A stretch of DNA of 50,927 nt from Calcarisporiella thermophila CBS 279.70 (GCF_041956535.1 NW_027192237.1:7351-58277), one strand, 5' to 3'; shown: positions 1 to 13,132, counted from the stretch's first letter. Numbers and translations are program-made. The notes: generated by a model from the letters alone, not told the origin.

Positions 1-280
1 ATATGAATATGCTTGTATTCAAAAAGAAAGGAATTTTAAGTGAACACCAATTAGGAAAATATTATAGATAAAAACTTGGTCTTTTACAACTGTCTTCAGA
101 AATTGTTCAAAGATCTTTTATTTTTTTATTTTTTGCTTTTTCTTTTGCATAAAATATCTTCTTGTCAAACTATACTTAGTTGCATTCCGTACAGTAACCA
201 CAACTATTACCATCCCACTCAGCATGGATAACATTAATCTCCTAGACTTTCATTTTCATAGACTGGAATTGCTGCTGACA

Positions 281-637
281 TCAAGTGCAAAAGTTGCCTA
301 AATTCCTACATAACCCCTTCTGACACTTTATGCTGCGAGCTGGTTTGCAGGATTTGAGATCATGATATCCTACCCCCTCTACTCTACCAATGTTGATATT
401 GCCGTTAAACAAATCACAAGAAACACATTGTTGTTCGTGGTGTGCAGCTATTATTATGCCCTGTAGGCAGTTTAATGCATCACCGGGGCCATCGATCGGG
501 ACATTGCTCCCTTGCTTGACACAGCGTTGGAAGATTTGTCCATTACACGCTTTGAAATTCACAGTAATTTCCTGGTCCTTACACGCGTGAACAAGAATAG
601 CAGTGGATAAAATAATAGCAACGACTGATTTTAGCAT
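281..637 (-). CDS. Small secreted cysteine-rich protein (118 aa, 10 Cys), effector-like
   Basis: ATG-initiated intronless ORF; hydrophobic N-terminus MLKSVVAIILSTAILVHA ending in a VHA cleavage-like site; 10 Cys in the mature part. Confidence 0.7.
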   Translation of the reverse strand: MLKSVVAIILSTAILVHACKDQEITVNFKACNGQIFQRCVKQGSNVPIDGPGDALNCLQGIIIAAHHEQQCVSCDLFNGNINIGRVEGVGYHDLKSCKPARSIKCQKGLCRNLGNFCT

Positions 638-1757
638 TTTCTTTATAAGATAAAATTCACTAAGCTTGAAAAAAATTAACTGGTAAAAATCGTGAAGACA
701 AATAATAAGTGATTATTTATATTGTTAACCGGGACACAAGCCTGATGTGAATAAGCATGGAACGAAAGGGTTCCACGCTTCAACGAAATAATTTTAAAAA
801 TTAAATAAACATATTGTAATACGGGTAATAATGATTAATGTGTTGTGCACCTTAACGTAATATGATTCAGTGTGTTATAATTCTCTAACATAAGAGTGAA
901 TAAATAAATATCAGATATATTTGTTAGAATGAAAGATTAATAATTTATATTACGATATATTATAAATGAAGAAAATGCTTGATATCATCAGAGAAAGAGA
1001 CATCTAAAGTAAAAAAATTCTAACAAGATTGAGCAGCGTGGAATACTGAGTCTTGATCTAGAATTCAATTTGTGTGGCTATTAATTCTGTTACAGCTGGT
1101 AGCACACGACTCAGTGAGTTTGCAAAATGTAAATTTGCGATTAATTTATCTTCTAAATTTGGAAGCCGTGCCTCATGCTTTGGTCATCCTGGAAGTTATA
1201 ATTCGTGACGCCGCTAAGTGACTAAGATGCCACAGGCTTGCATTAAAAGCATTTATACTATTTATATAAGTTTAACTACTGAAGATTATGTATAAGCTAG
1301 GGTCAGTGATCCAAGGGCTGAAAATGATTAATTTAAAATAGCTGGCTTCTCTTTAAAAGATTTTTCAAGGATTTTCTTGCATAAAGGTGACTTGTTTATT
1401 TGCTTAGTTTCCGTTGCTAGGATAGTTTGAGTTAGGCGAGTAAACTAAACTCCACTTGCTTTATTCCAATATGCAAATGTTCGATATATAACTTATATAC
1501 TCAATAGTTATGGTCTCACTAATTAGTCACTAAGTATAAGAGAAATCTGAAACTAGCAAATGTAACTGGTTTCATGCTTTGAGCGTTACATCACTCCAGA
1601 TATTTCTTAGAAGACCAGACTGCAAAATAGACAACTGAATTAAGGTTTAACTTGGGCTATAGGAGTGTTGTTGAGATATTGATTTACCGATATTACCACT
1701 TCGGGACATCAAATTTTAGTAAGCTTTAAACAATGCACTTTTGCAGAAACCAATTTA

Positions 1758-3371
1758 CAACTAGGGAGAAATGTGACAGTGTGCTTCAACAATTTTCCTT
1801 TGAATGCTCATATCTCCTGAATGGATGGAATATTATACAAGCGGCTTTAGTATTAAACACTGTTGGATCTACACTATGTGCTGTCCCAACCACTACTCCG
1901 GTTATAAATGCATCTCTGGTAAAACTAGGATATCATTGAATAGCACCCCGAATTTATGGGAAATTGGTGTCCTTTTAAATATTGATGTGTGCCAAAGATA
2001 CCCAAATACTTTTATATTTTCTTCACCATTCCATCTAAATATTTTTTATTTGCAACGGTGATGCTTTTATCTTTTAGCAATGTCTTGCACCTATGAAGCC
2101 AACTCGTAAAAAGATTCGAGAACGTGTGCTTGAATTTTCAAGAAAGGGAGAGTCCACACCTAAGATTGCAGCACGAGTGGATATAGGCCGTGAAACTGCC
2201 AGAAAGATCATCAAGGAATGGTGCACCCCGAAATATCCTCCTATGAAGCCAAAATATGGTCGTCCACGTAGTCTAAGTGGATCGGATGAGAAATATATCG
2301 CTAAGAAGGCGTCAACCGGAGAGTGTTCTAAGCTTGCTGACTTGCAGCAAGCTATCAAAGAAGAGCTCAATAAGAGCGTAACAAACAAAACTGTAAAAAT
2401 ATGCTCAGACGTCACGAAGTAAAGCCTTGATCAAAGTCTTGGAAGCCTTTGCTGCTCCCGCGCCATTTTAAAACTAGATTCAAATTCACAACTTAACTTG
2501 ATAGATGGGGTTTTCAGACCACTCAAACCATAATATTCTCGGATGAAACCATTGTACCCTTTTTACAGACCACGGGAAAGGAATACACATACGTAAAGAA
2601 GGGGCAGCCTCTGCGTGCGTGCAATAGTATTTCAACCACGAAACAAGGGAAAGGAGGCAATCATGGTGTGGGTCTGCATTACTTCGCAAGGAGTGGGACT
2701 TCTACTTCGCGTTGAAGGCGGAATAAATGCTAGGATGTATCTGACCATTTTAGATGAAGGTTTTCTTGGAACACTCGAACGGTACGGGATAGATAAGGAC
2801 AAGATCGTATTCCAACATGATAGCGCCCCCCCTCATATCGCCAAGTCAACTCAAGCGTGGCTGCGAGATCGCAATATAAGGGTCTTAGAATGGCCTGCTC
2901 AATCACCAGCTTTGAATCCCATAGAGAACGCGTGGGGCCTCTTGAAGAAGGGGCTTCAAGATTATCCTACTCGGCCAAAGGATAGGGAAAAGCTCTGGGA
3001 ACGAATCAAATACACGTGGAAGAATATAGAAAAGACTTATATTGATAACCTATACGAGAGTATGTTGAGGAGATCCCGAGCAGTTTATAAAGCTAGAGGA
3101 GGATATACGAAGTATTAAAATATTTTTGTGAAATAATGATAATAAATATGCCTTCAATTTTATCATGAAGGCCATTTTTCCCGATCATCTATATAAATAC
3201 CCAGGGTTTTTTAGAAAATGCATTTATAACCGGGGTAGCGGTTTGAGCAGCACATAGTGTAGATCCAACAGTGTTTAATAATAAAGCCGCTTGTATAATA
3301 TTCTATCCATTCAGGAGATATGAGCATTCAAAGGAAAATTATTTAAACACACTCACATTTTTCCCTACTTG
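1758..3371 (+). mobile_element. Tc1/mariner (DD34E) DNA transposon, full length, with ~150 bp imperfect TIRs and TA TSD
   Basis: 1758-~1912 is the reverse complement of ~3218-3371; TA at 1756-57 and 3372-73; internal transposase. Confidence 0.92.
2093..3118 (+). pseudogene. Tc1 transposase, frameshifted
   Basis: HTH N-terminus (2093-2422), IIFSDET near 2531-2550, MVWVCI, FQHDSAPPH and SPALNPIEN with 34 residues between D and E, ending GGYTKY; split across frames. Confidence 0.9.
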
Positions 3372-3594
3372 TATACGCTCTCGCTCAGGTTTTAATTCTG
3401 GTTTCATATTGTAACCGTATGATATAATGCATTTTCATTTCTTGCTTAGCTGCTCTATTTCGCTTATTTTCTAATTTACTAGAGTAAGAGAGTACATTTG
3501 CGGATAGAGTGTTAACAAAAATGGTAGTGCGCTGCATGATGCTTTTGGAGAAAACTAACATGTTAAATGTTAAATGGGAAGATGAAAGAGGAAC

Positions 3595-4400
3595 ATAGAA
3601 GGCGGACTACATCAGCAGACCATGCTTTTCGATGATGAGGCCATTTTATTGGACAAAATGAGCTGCTTCCAGAGAATATCACATAGAGTATTAAAGAATA
3701 TATAAAGAAATATAAAGAAATCTGAGAAAAAATCAAGACTAAATAAAGTTGTGGCTTCCCAAGTGCAACTCCTTGGCCTTTTTTGAGCTGGCATACTCCC
3801 GTTTAAGAAACGGAGCCCTCGTCCACACATGCAAAAGATCAGTGCGCAGCTACCGAAAAACCGCACAATGCATAACTCTCTCCAGTGCCTATCTGCAAGA
3901 GATATCGGTGGACACCAGCGGACGATTTAACGGACGCGATCGGGCACAAAATACTATACGCACCAGAGTCCACCTTCATTTCAGAGGAGCCACAAGTTGT
4001 CAGGAAGTGCAGTTACCTCCGATCGGACCTCGACTATGAACGCACCTCTGATGAAACCATCGATCTTAACACTAATGAGAAATGCCGCCAGAAGACGCGG
4101 CACGAATCTGGCGGAAGTTTCAAAAAAGATTATGCCGATATCCAGACCCCTGGATATTCTTCTAAAAGATATTCGTCGAGCACGGAGCGTACTGAGCGAG
4201 GAAGTAACCGACCGAATGCTCCAAAGGACATCAGATGCGTGTGATTTAATTTTCAGCCTTGCATCGCATATCACCGTTACACGTCGCCATAGGTAATACA
4301 AGGCAGCAAATATTCCAACTTTCATATTGCACGACAGATTGGGGAAAAGATTCGTCATTGACGAAAAGAATTTACACGAAGACCTAACAACATATAGAAG
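3595..4400 (+). mobile_element. 5' fragment of a DIRS-type tyrosine-recombinase retrotransposon (terminus, ITR, gag-like remnant)
   Basis: 3610-3990 is clearly homologous to the ITR and downstream sequence of the DIRS element at 39073-39450; gag-like ORF 3997-4296 (ISRPLD...SHITVTRR). Confidence 0.75.
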
Positions 4401-4417
4401 GGAGCGGGTACACTCAC

Positions 4418-7373
4418 TGTAACAGCTTTTGGGACTGTTAGATATCCGAATTCCTTAATTCAAGAAAGAGATGAAGGATACCGTATCTTTTTCATCGCGA
4501 GATAACCGTGGCCAGTAAAATTGTCTGCGAAGATTTAGATAAGTTTTTCGTAATCGGGGTGTCCTGAGATGGGTGTGTCGTGAGGTTCTTGTAAAACTTT
4601 AGTCGTAAATCCTTGTAGTTGGGTATACATAGGCCAAATGGGGCATCGGTGTGGTTGTGAATGCAAAGAAGAACGCCTCGTATCTGGAATCAACTGAGTT
4701 TTGATTGTCGCGAATATTGAGCGAGTCTGGCAGCAACTTTAGGAGTCGAACGAGTTCATTGAAGTGTGAATCTTGGTTATAATCTTGAATGAAGTCGTAG
4801 AATATTTGTACTTCGATCGTTTTGTGTTCGCGAGGAGATGCGCGGTATGGTGGGAGGGAGATTGGTTTTGCATCGACGGTGTCTATCTTCATACGAATAA
4901 CATCAGTGTGTCCGATCTTGTTACCGTAAGTGAATGTACGGCGATTCCTCCTTAGTAGATCCGAAGATCTTTTGAATTGATGTGAGCTTCAGCTAAGGTA
5001 AGCTTGAATGTGCGCTCTTCTTGTTCAGTGTCGATGGTGGAGACTGAGTCTGATAATGTCAGAGTGGAAGCTGACAGCCGTGTCACTATGGCTAATCTTT
5101 TTCCTTTCTTGAGAGTGATTGGAAAGCATATCCGTTGATCACCTCAATGTATGGAGTTGATGTGTCGAAATTAATGATTGTGTGAGCGGCGCGTACGGAA
5201 ATGTTGATATTACAAAAGTCATTAAGGCACAGTCTGTTGGAATACGGGAAACTAAATTCACAGGAACAATTGCGCGGTGGCCTGGCCTTATTGTCGTGTC
5301 TTGAGCGGCGTAGGCGCGTTTTGTTCATTGGCACTATCTTTTTTTTGGCTTGTGAACGTTGTTTGGTGGATGTTGTGTAGAGTAGACCCGGTGGTTCGAT
5401 GCCTTCTGAAAGTAGAAGAATTTCGGTGTTCTTGGTCTCCATTTGAAGAGGAATCAGGTGGCCATTGCCGATGATAATTCCGGCGGAGAGTTGCTCGATT
5501 ACTGCAAACTTGAATATGGCTCAGAGCTTTACACGGTCATTTGGAATGAAGACTGCCTTCGCTTCTACTTCTCCATTCGGTCTGATTGGTGGTACTAACC
5601 CTGGGATAATAACATTTGGTCCTAACGTTATGGATGAATATTTCTGCGTTGACGAAATTCGATCTAGCAGTTCCTGGACGATCAGGTGGAGCTTCCGGCT
5701 CGATTTCGATAATGCGGTGTTAAGAGGCTTTGTATCCTCTTTCAGCACGCTCAACATCCTCAGAGGCGGCGCGCTTGGTGAAAATGCGTTGGGTTGGTGC
5801 TTGAGGCGACATCTATCGTGTTTGAATGGTGAACTTGTGTCGCGTGGTCTATAGTGTTGTCTTTTTGTTGCTCTGCTTGTGCAACTGGCTGAGCTTCAAC
5901 AATTTTACAATTGGTTTGTAACAAGACCAAGCCACCATCTCTCTTTCCTGATTCAATATTTCCTTTTATACCCTCATTGATTACCACTCTGATTAAGGTT
6001 CACCTTGTTTACTATTTAATCCTCGATCTTTGCTTATTGTTCCTTGCCCATTTTTTTGCCCATCTTTATCCATTTGTCCATTTTGCCCATTGTTCTAATT
6101 GAATAAGACCACTTTTCATATATTCAATAAGAATCTGAATCATTAACAGTCTCAGAGCTGTTACATGTTTAATGGGTAGTTGAGGTGGCTTGTACACTGG
6201 TGGTTTGCTTTGGCGGTTATTCGTCTTTCTCTTTGGTTCTTCCATTTTGAACTTCGGGCAGTCGAGTCTCCAGTGATCACCTTGGCAAACTGGACAGGGA
6301 TAAGGGGATCGATCCCTTCTGAATACTTTGTCCTGATCTGGCTTGAATTGTTTATCGCGGTCGCGCGAATTATCTGGCTTGGTTTCCTGGTCAAGTACTA
6401 AATCAATGAGAATTCGGCGGAAGTCTTGAGCCTTCCGCGCTGGGCTGCCTATGTGCTTTTGCAAGATTCCTAATATCTCTTGGAAGACCATTAAAGAATT
6501 TCGAAAATGATAGTCCGATTGTTGTTCTCTCAATACACTCGTCGTGCTAGCGAGTATTTGTCTCAGAAGTGGTTTGCGATTGGTTCTCTACCGTTGAACG
6601 TACGATATCGGAGTCGGAGAGCAAGTTGCGCTTCATAGTCAGGAGATCTGAAATAATCTCGTAGACTTGCACACCAAACGTCCCATTTGGTCATTGATGA
6701 GCGTTGTTCTTCTCTGAGATTGAAGAACCAGTCAAGAAGCCCCATTCTTTGTTACATTACGAAGCATTAAAATCTGAGTTCGCAAGCTTAGTTCTTACTG
6801 CACTTTTTGATTTGTATGACACGTTCGATTCACATGTCAACGTCCTCGGATGCGGTACCTTTAAAGGCGGGTACATTGGTAATTTCGAGGCGTCTAGGCT
6901 TGTTGGTGGGCTCAGGAGTTGCGGTTCGAACCGGATTGTTGGGGTGAATATCGGGGACGTCATTACTTTGGTCACTGCCGATAGAAATTGGGCTGGCATA
7001 TTTTGAAGAAGCTGGCTGGCTTGACTGTTGCGAATTCTTCAGGATATGGCTGAACTTGAGCATCATTTTCTCCATTTTCATGGTTTGCTTTTGAACCATT
7101 TCAGCAATAACTTGAACGGTAATTTCTTCTGTGGAAGGAGTTGAAGTAGTAATTGCCGTTGGAGGTGGTTGAGTTGAGTCGGCTGTGCGACTGCTAGTGG
7201 ATTCTGCGGCGTTGGCAGTGTCGCTGCGTAGGACGCGAGTTTTGCGGGAGCGGCCCGTGGTTGAGATTGGTGGTGGCATTATGGGGAGTAGCTGTTGTAT
7301 CCCGCTAAGTGTATACCAGTTGGTTGATCTTTTGGCTTTATACGTTTAATCCTTACTCGGACGAAAACATCAA
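4418..7373 (-). mobile_element. Degenerate Ty3/gypsy LTR retrotransposon internal region (gag, pol fragments) with a partial LTR at 4418-4470
   Basis: gag 7279-6066 with CPVCQGDHWRLDC knuckle; IDTVDAKPISLPPYRAS pre-RT motif; integrase Zn-finger region HDTPISGH...QFYWPRL near 4480-4610; many stops, frameshifts and deletions. Confidence 0.85.
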
Positions 7374-7733
7374 TGTAACAGTTTTGGAGACTGTTAGATA
7401 TCCGAATTCCTTATAATAGAATTCAAGAAAGAGGTTAGAGACAATAAACAGATGGGAGTGGGTTTACAGCCAACCGCAAAACCTTAGCAACAAATTGAAA
7501 ATATCAATTAAAACCTCAATATTTCAGTAACCTCTTTCCGAGGAAAAGTGTAAATAATGTTGAGATAAAACTACAACGCCTACCCTATTTTCAAAGATAC
7601 ACGCCACCCCGACTTACCAAAGAATAGCCAGGTTACCGGGGTGCAGTATTTGAAAGGAGTGCATTGCTAAATTTTGCTGGTTTTTGGATAATGATTACAT
7701 TATTTAAAAAACTTATTATTGTATATTTGTTAA

Positions 7734-8730
7734 CTAATACTTTGTATGCTCTCTCTTGGCTGAAACCACAGCACATTCCGGCATACTTGCATAGAGTTTG
7801 ATATTATATTCGGACTCTATACTCTCCCACTCCTCCGCTCGCTCCCATAGCTCATCTTTATCCTTTGGCATTCCTGGATGAGAATTGAGTTTTCGCTTCA
7901 ACTCACTCCAGACAAACTCTATGATCAAATCTGGAGACTGTGGGAGCCACTCTATCACGATTATCTTATTGTTCTTCAACTAATCTTTGGTGATATTAGC
8001 AGTATGTTTGGGATCATTATCGTGCTGAAATATAACTTTCGACTTATTGACCCCAAAATACTTCAAGGATCCTAGGTAGTCTTCAGAAAGAATCGTGCAA
8101 AGTGCAGCGTCTAGCCCTTCATCAGCACGACACAGATTTCCAACCCCATATTCAATAACACAGCCCCACACCATCAATACATTACCTATCTGTTTCAGTG
8201 TGGGTTGAATATGTCTACTGCGAAGTATTTCTCCCTTGTGCCTGTAGTATTGCTTTCCTGAACGTTCGTAAACGTTAATTTGGTCTCATCGGAAAACACT
8301 ACCCGCTTTCGATCTTCCCTATTCCAATTTAGATGTTTTCTCGTGAACTCCAGACGTTTTCTATAGTGAGCAGCTGAGAGAAGAGGCTTCTTTTGGTGCA
8401 ATCGAGTCAGTACCTCTTCTCTTTGAATATCTCTCCTCACGGTATCATCAGTCAATTCTCTGTCGTATTCCTCCTTGAAATATATCCTCACATCGATTGC
8501 ATTTTTACGTTGACCACGTGTCACATGTTTGATTATCTTTCTCCCTTCTCTCTTACTCAGAGCGCGAGGGATGGCCACCCGATGACCTTTTAAGATCAGG
8601 GCGCCGCCTTGCTTCTTCTCTTATAATCCTAGCTGATGTAGTGAAATGGACGTCCAAAGCATCGGCGATTTGATTTGAGGATTTACTCTCTTTCGCGAAC
8701 GGAAGATAAAATCTCTGAATTTGCGATGGA
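7734..8730 (-). pseudogene. Tc1 transposase remnant
   Basis: HTH (SSNQIADALDVHFTT), VVFSDETK, MVWGC, FQHDNDPKH, WLPQSPDL in successive frames. Confidence 0.88.
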
Positions 8731-9461
8731 AAAACTTATTGAACAATATCACCGTATAGAGGATTTCGATCTTGTCGAAAAAGATGGGTTATATCTGATC
8801 TGCGGCAAAGATAGTTATTATATCATTATAGCAGGCAGGAGAAGATAGTAATTAACCGCCTTATTTTAATATAGAAAAATACTATCCAATATCGCACAGC
8901 AGTCATATATCAGTCTGCGGCTGCAGCTCGGTAAAGCAATATCTTCTCCCGTGTGCCCATCTCTTCTCCTTTCGTAAAAAGCAAGGCAAGGATATGATCT
9001 ATGAATCGGAGATAGCACAGCGCTGGTTCATAACTCCGCACATATCCACCATATTGGAAAGCACTGAGCCGTCAAATTTTGAGCAGCAATCCTCTAAATC
9101 TCTGGAAGCTTGGGAAATTGCTAAAATGGGATTTCCAAAATGTGTGGACGACGATGTGTTGTTCACCTTGGTTACCCGTGCTATATCAACTGCTCAACAG
9201 CTTGTTCAACATCTTCCTGTTGAAAGGGCTAAACAAGAACTTAATTCATTTATTGCTCGTTCGGAGCCGGTAATTAATACGGCTGGGCTATATGGTTCTC
9301 CGGGGCCGATTGCTAGCATAGCCGACCCACAAGAAGTCGTGACAAAAGGTAGACCTAAATCCAATAAACGCCTGAAGTCTCAGCATGAGGTAAAGATGCG
9401 TCTTTGCCGTGGATGTAAGCAGACTGATCATGACCTACGTAATTGTCCTAGTCGGAATTAA
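8731..9461 (+). pseudogene. C-terminal fragment of a MULE/FAR1-like transposase (SWIM finger, GRP AT-hook, Zn knuckle)
   Basis: VCGCSSVKQYLLPCAHL (SWIM) just upstream of and in frame with ORF 8994; KGRPKS and CRGCKQTDHDLRNC at the C-terminus. Confidence 0.7.
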
Positions 9462-10066
9462 TGTATGTAAATATAATATTATTGATAATAAATGAATAAA
9501 AGTAAGAAATGTGGCAGATGTTATTGGTACATATCATTTACTACCAAGTTCAATTTTTGGTTGATTTACTGAGAGTTAATAACATGTAGCTCGTGACTTT
9601 GAATTTGACGATTAATTATTCAAGAAAATTAATTAACCAACTTAGCGGTAATTAATAGTTATACCCGGGTACAAATAGAATTACCCTTTAATTAATATTT
9701 TCAATTTGTTGCTAAGGTTTTGCGGTTGGCTGTAGATAGAATCTCGGGAGTATCGGAATGAAACCTTAACTATTACACCCATAAATAAGTTTGTAATCAA
9801 TAAGTAAATAAAAGGAAAGAATATCAAGTAATTAATATATATAAATAATTATTACAGTTAATATTATAGTAGAAATTCGGTCGTGTAACAGGAACATATT
9901 ATTGAAAATAACCTGTGATTGTTTTTTTTTATTCATAATATTTCCATCAATATTATACGAAAGGCTATTGGATTATTTATTTATACTGAAAATTTCAATC
10001 GAGGCACATTACATAGCCTGTATTAAAAATGAGGGATGTGTCAAAACTTTTAGGAGATACGTCAAT

Positions 10067-10513
10067 TTAAATCATTCCATTATTGTTCATCGACTTCTCT
10101 GGAATGTGTTCGTCAACTGCCCAGTGTTCTGCTATCTTGCCATCCTCGAAGCGGTAGATGTCCACAGATGCTGAGCCGAGATCTGTTTCATTTGCCTTTA
10201 AATGGACATGAAGCCATACCATATCCTTTTCGGCAATTGAACGTCTAACAGATATGGATAAATCCGGGACTTTCTTAAAGAGTTCATTCATTCCACTGTA
10301 AAAGCCTTCTTTTCCGTCGGGAAACTTGGGGCTATGCTCCACATATTTAGAACTAATATACGTATCTACCACATGTTGTAACATATCTTTGCGTCCGAAT
10401 AGCAATTCGAGAAACTGGACTGCGATTTTCCTGTTTTGCTCAGGGTCATTGCAATTTTCGTAACGTTCAGAAAGACTGAAGCCCTGCTCAGAAACTAAAG
10501 ATGATGTCATCAC
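10067..10513 (-). CDS. SnoaL-like/NTF2-family protein (bacterial-type), intronless; start uncertain
   Basis: YVEHSPKFPDGKEG, IAEKDMVWLH, VDIYRFEDGKIAEHW and terminal NNNGM motifs typical of SnoaL-like proteins. Confidence 0.8.
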   Translation of the reverse strand: MMTSSLVSEQGFSLSERYENCNDPEQNRKIAVQFLELLFGRKDMLQHVVDTYISSKYVEHSPKFPDGKEGFYSGMNELFKKVPDLSISVRRSIAEKDMVWLHVHLKANETDLGSASVDIYRFEDGKIAEHWAVDEHIPEKSMNNNGMI

Positions 10514-11465
10514 AAGGAACCAAATTAAAATAAGAATAGTAGGAGTAAAGAATTATATGTTAATAGTTATCGATAATGACGGTGCTATATGTAGAGAAAT
10601 GAGAAATATGCCAACTAATGCAATGACGAAGCCTGAATGCCACCTTTTATAGTTTTGACTGGAATTACTTCAGATGTGTTAAAACCGGGGTTAGATAAGT
10701 CCGGAGATGATCGCTGTTCCGGATTTATTCACTAAGAAAGTCTGCTATTTCCGAATAATGGGTTAATTGAATTTTTTATGTATTTTAATAAACCACAGTA
10801 AGTTATATAAATAATGGTTTGTGTTACCACAACAGAAATAAATACCCGAAGGTCATCATCAAGATCTCTCGGTGAAATATTATGCTGGTAGAAACAATAG
10901 TCCATAAAACCCGAATCCTTTTTGCCCTCAAACTTCGTTATCCTACTCTTGGCTCTAACTAATGGATGTTTCTATATTTGAATCAATGATCGTAGGAAAT
11001 TGGCAAATGATATTGCGCCGAATATCCGAATACCAAATTTTTATTAGCCTATACACGCTACATAACAAATGATTGCTAACCAATGTTTCATAATTAAGCA
11101 AAGGAGTAGGTTTACATTGGGCTATGCTCAGTGATTTATTTTCACTTTTTTTTGTTCAAATCAAGCAAAAACAGTTTTGTGATGGCTCCTTTTGCAAACT
11201 TAATAAATGTAATGTAGTGACCATTTCGCGATTCACAAGAAGGGCTCTGTTATCCTTATTACAGTGGAAATTCAGTTAATATATATGTACGGGGGATTAC
11301 ATTATGGTGTAGGGGAGGGACCTACGTTGTTTTTTTTGTGAATGACGGAGCATGCAGCAGATAAAGCATGAAGGATAATTTAGCCCGGAGCCAGTGAATG
11401 AGAGAAAAGTATTATTAATATACTATTCAACTAGCAATATCATGTATTGGTATTAATTGATTATA

Positions 11466-11806
11466 TTAGTATTTATCGGCATATATATCCTTGTTGGAAT
11501 GAAGCCAATTGTAAATAAAACCGTACTGTTTGTTTTGCATAGATGCCGTAATGCCACCACAATGGCTATGGCCACAAACAATGATGAAGTCAACTTTGAT
11601 CACTTCAACCGCATACTGCAAAACGCTCAAAAGGCTCATATTAGTATTGTCACATACATTGACAATATTACGGTGAAACCAGTAGATCACCAGGATCTAG
11701 AAAAAAGCAGTTGTCGGTAAAAAGGGTGCAAAGTTTCTAACTCATAAGTAGTTGCACATAACATATTTAAAGATTTCCGTCTCAGGAACTCGAGCATCGG
11801 CGCAAC
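11466..11806 (-). pseudogene. Beta-carbonic anhydrase pseudogene (core exons)
   Basis: Exon 11806-~11763 encodes GCADARVPE after a TTAG acceptor; next exon DPGDLLV/HRNIVN (1-bp frameshift), LSVLQYAVEV, IIVCGHSHCGG; truncated C-terminus. Confidence 0.85.
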
Positions 11807-12143
11807 CTAATTGAATAAGGTCAACACTGCCCTACAAAAAAATATCATAACGAAATTTGTTAGAAAGTATAAATAAAACAATGATTTACCTTGATAAATC
11901 ATAGTGAAATTTGATCAAATCAGGGATGTAAGACTGATATATTTGTAAAATTGGATAGTGGTTTTTCACGTGATATTAAATAACTGGCTGTAAACCTTTA
12001 GTTGCGAGTAATTAACGCCATGATATTGGAGTTTGAGATAATTCAATTTCAAAGTTAGAATTAGGTTAAGTAATTCTGGCCCTAAAAAATTATCGTTCAG
12101 TTTGACTTGGCCCAGTTCCACAGCCGAAATCAAATATTGCGCT

Positions 12144-13132
12144 NNNNNNNNNNNNNNNNNNNNNNNNNNNNNNNNNNNNNNNNNNNNNNNNNNNNNNNNN
12201 NNNNNNNNNNNNNNNNNNNNNNNNNNNNNNNNNNNNNNNNNNNNNNNNNNNNNNNNNNNNNNNNNNNNNNNNNNNNNNNNNNNNNNNNNNNNNNNNNNNN
12301 NNNNNNNNNNNNNNNNNNNNNNNNNNNNNNNNNNNNNNNNNNNNNNNNNNNNNNNNNNNNNNNNNNNNNNNNNNNNNNNNNNNNNNNNNNNNNNNNNNNN
12401 NNNNNNNNNNNNNNNNNNNNNNNNNNNNNNNNNNNNNNNNNNNNNNNNNNNNNNNNNNNNNNNNNNNNNNNNNNNNNNNNNNNNNNNNNNNNNNNNNNNN
12501 NNNNNNNNNNNNNNNNNNNNNNNNNNNNNNNNNNNNNNNNNNNNNNNNNNNNNNNNNNNNNNNNNNNNNNNNNNNNNNNNNNNNNNNNNNNNNNNNNNNN
12601 NNNNNNNNNNNNNNNNNNNNNNNNNNNNNNNNNNNNNNNNNNNNNNNNNNNNNNNNNNNNNNNNNNNNNNNNNNNNNNNNNNNNNNNNNNNNNNNNNNNN
12701 NNNNNNNNNNNNNNNNNNNNNNNNNNNNNNNNNNNNNNNNNNNNNNNNNNNNNNNNNNNNNNNNNNNNNNNNNNNNNNNNNNNNNNNNNNNNNNNNNNNN
12801 NNNNNNNNNNNNNNNNNNNNNNNNNNNNNNNNNNNNNNNNNNNNNNNNNNNNNNNNNNNNNNNNNNNNNNNNNNNNNNNNNNNNNNNNNNNNNNNNNNNN
12901 NNNNNNNNNNNNNNNNNNNNNNNNNNNNNNNNNNNNNNNNNNNNNNNNNNNNNNNNNNNNNNNNNNNNNNNNNNNNNNNNNNNNNNNNNNNNNNNNNNNN
13001 NNNNNNNNNNNNNNNNNNNNNNNNNNNNNNNNNNNNNNNNNNNNNNNNNNNNNNNNNNNNNNNNNNNNNNNNNNNNNNNNNNNNNNNNNNNNNNNNNNNN
13101 NNNNNNNNNNNNNNNNNNNNNNNNNNNNNNNN
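12144..13132. other. Assembly gap (N run)
   Basis: Run of N. Confidence 1.

Larger units (their letters stand above)
7467..9732. mobile_element. TIR DNA element (~45 bp TIR, TA TSD) containing Tc1 and SWIM/MULE-like transposase remnants
   Basis: CAGCCAACCGCAAAACCTTAGCAACAAATTGAAAATAT at 7467 and its reverse complement ending at 9732; TA on both sides. Confidence 0.85.
7374..9890 (-). repeat. 5' LTR of the gypsy element (7374-7466 plus 9733-9890), split by a TIR element
   Basis: TGTAACA...TGTAACA ends; the two halves rejoin to match the intact 272-bp LTR at 43497-43768; degenerate PBS adjacent at ~7356-7372. Confidence 0.85.

Noticed and set aside
4418-9890. Intact two-LTR gypsy provirus
   Set aside because: Left LTR is only ~50 bp, flanks (CTCAC versus GGAAC) are not a TSD, and pol is largely deleted
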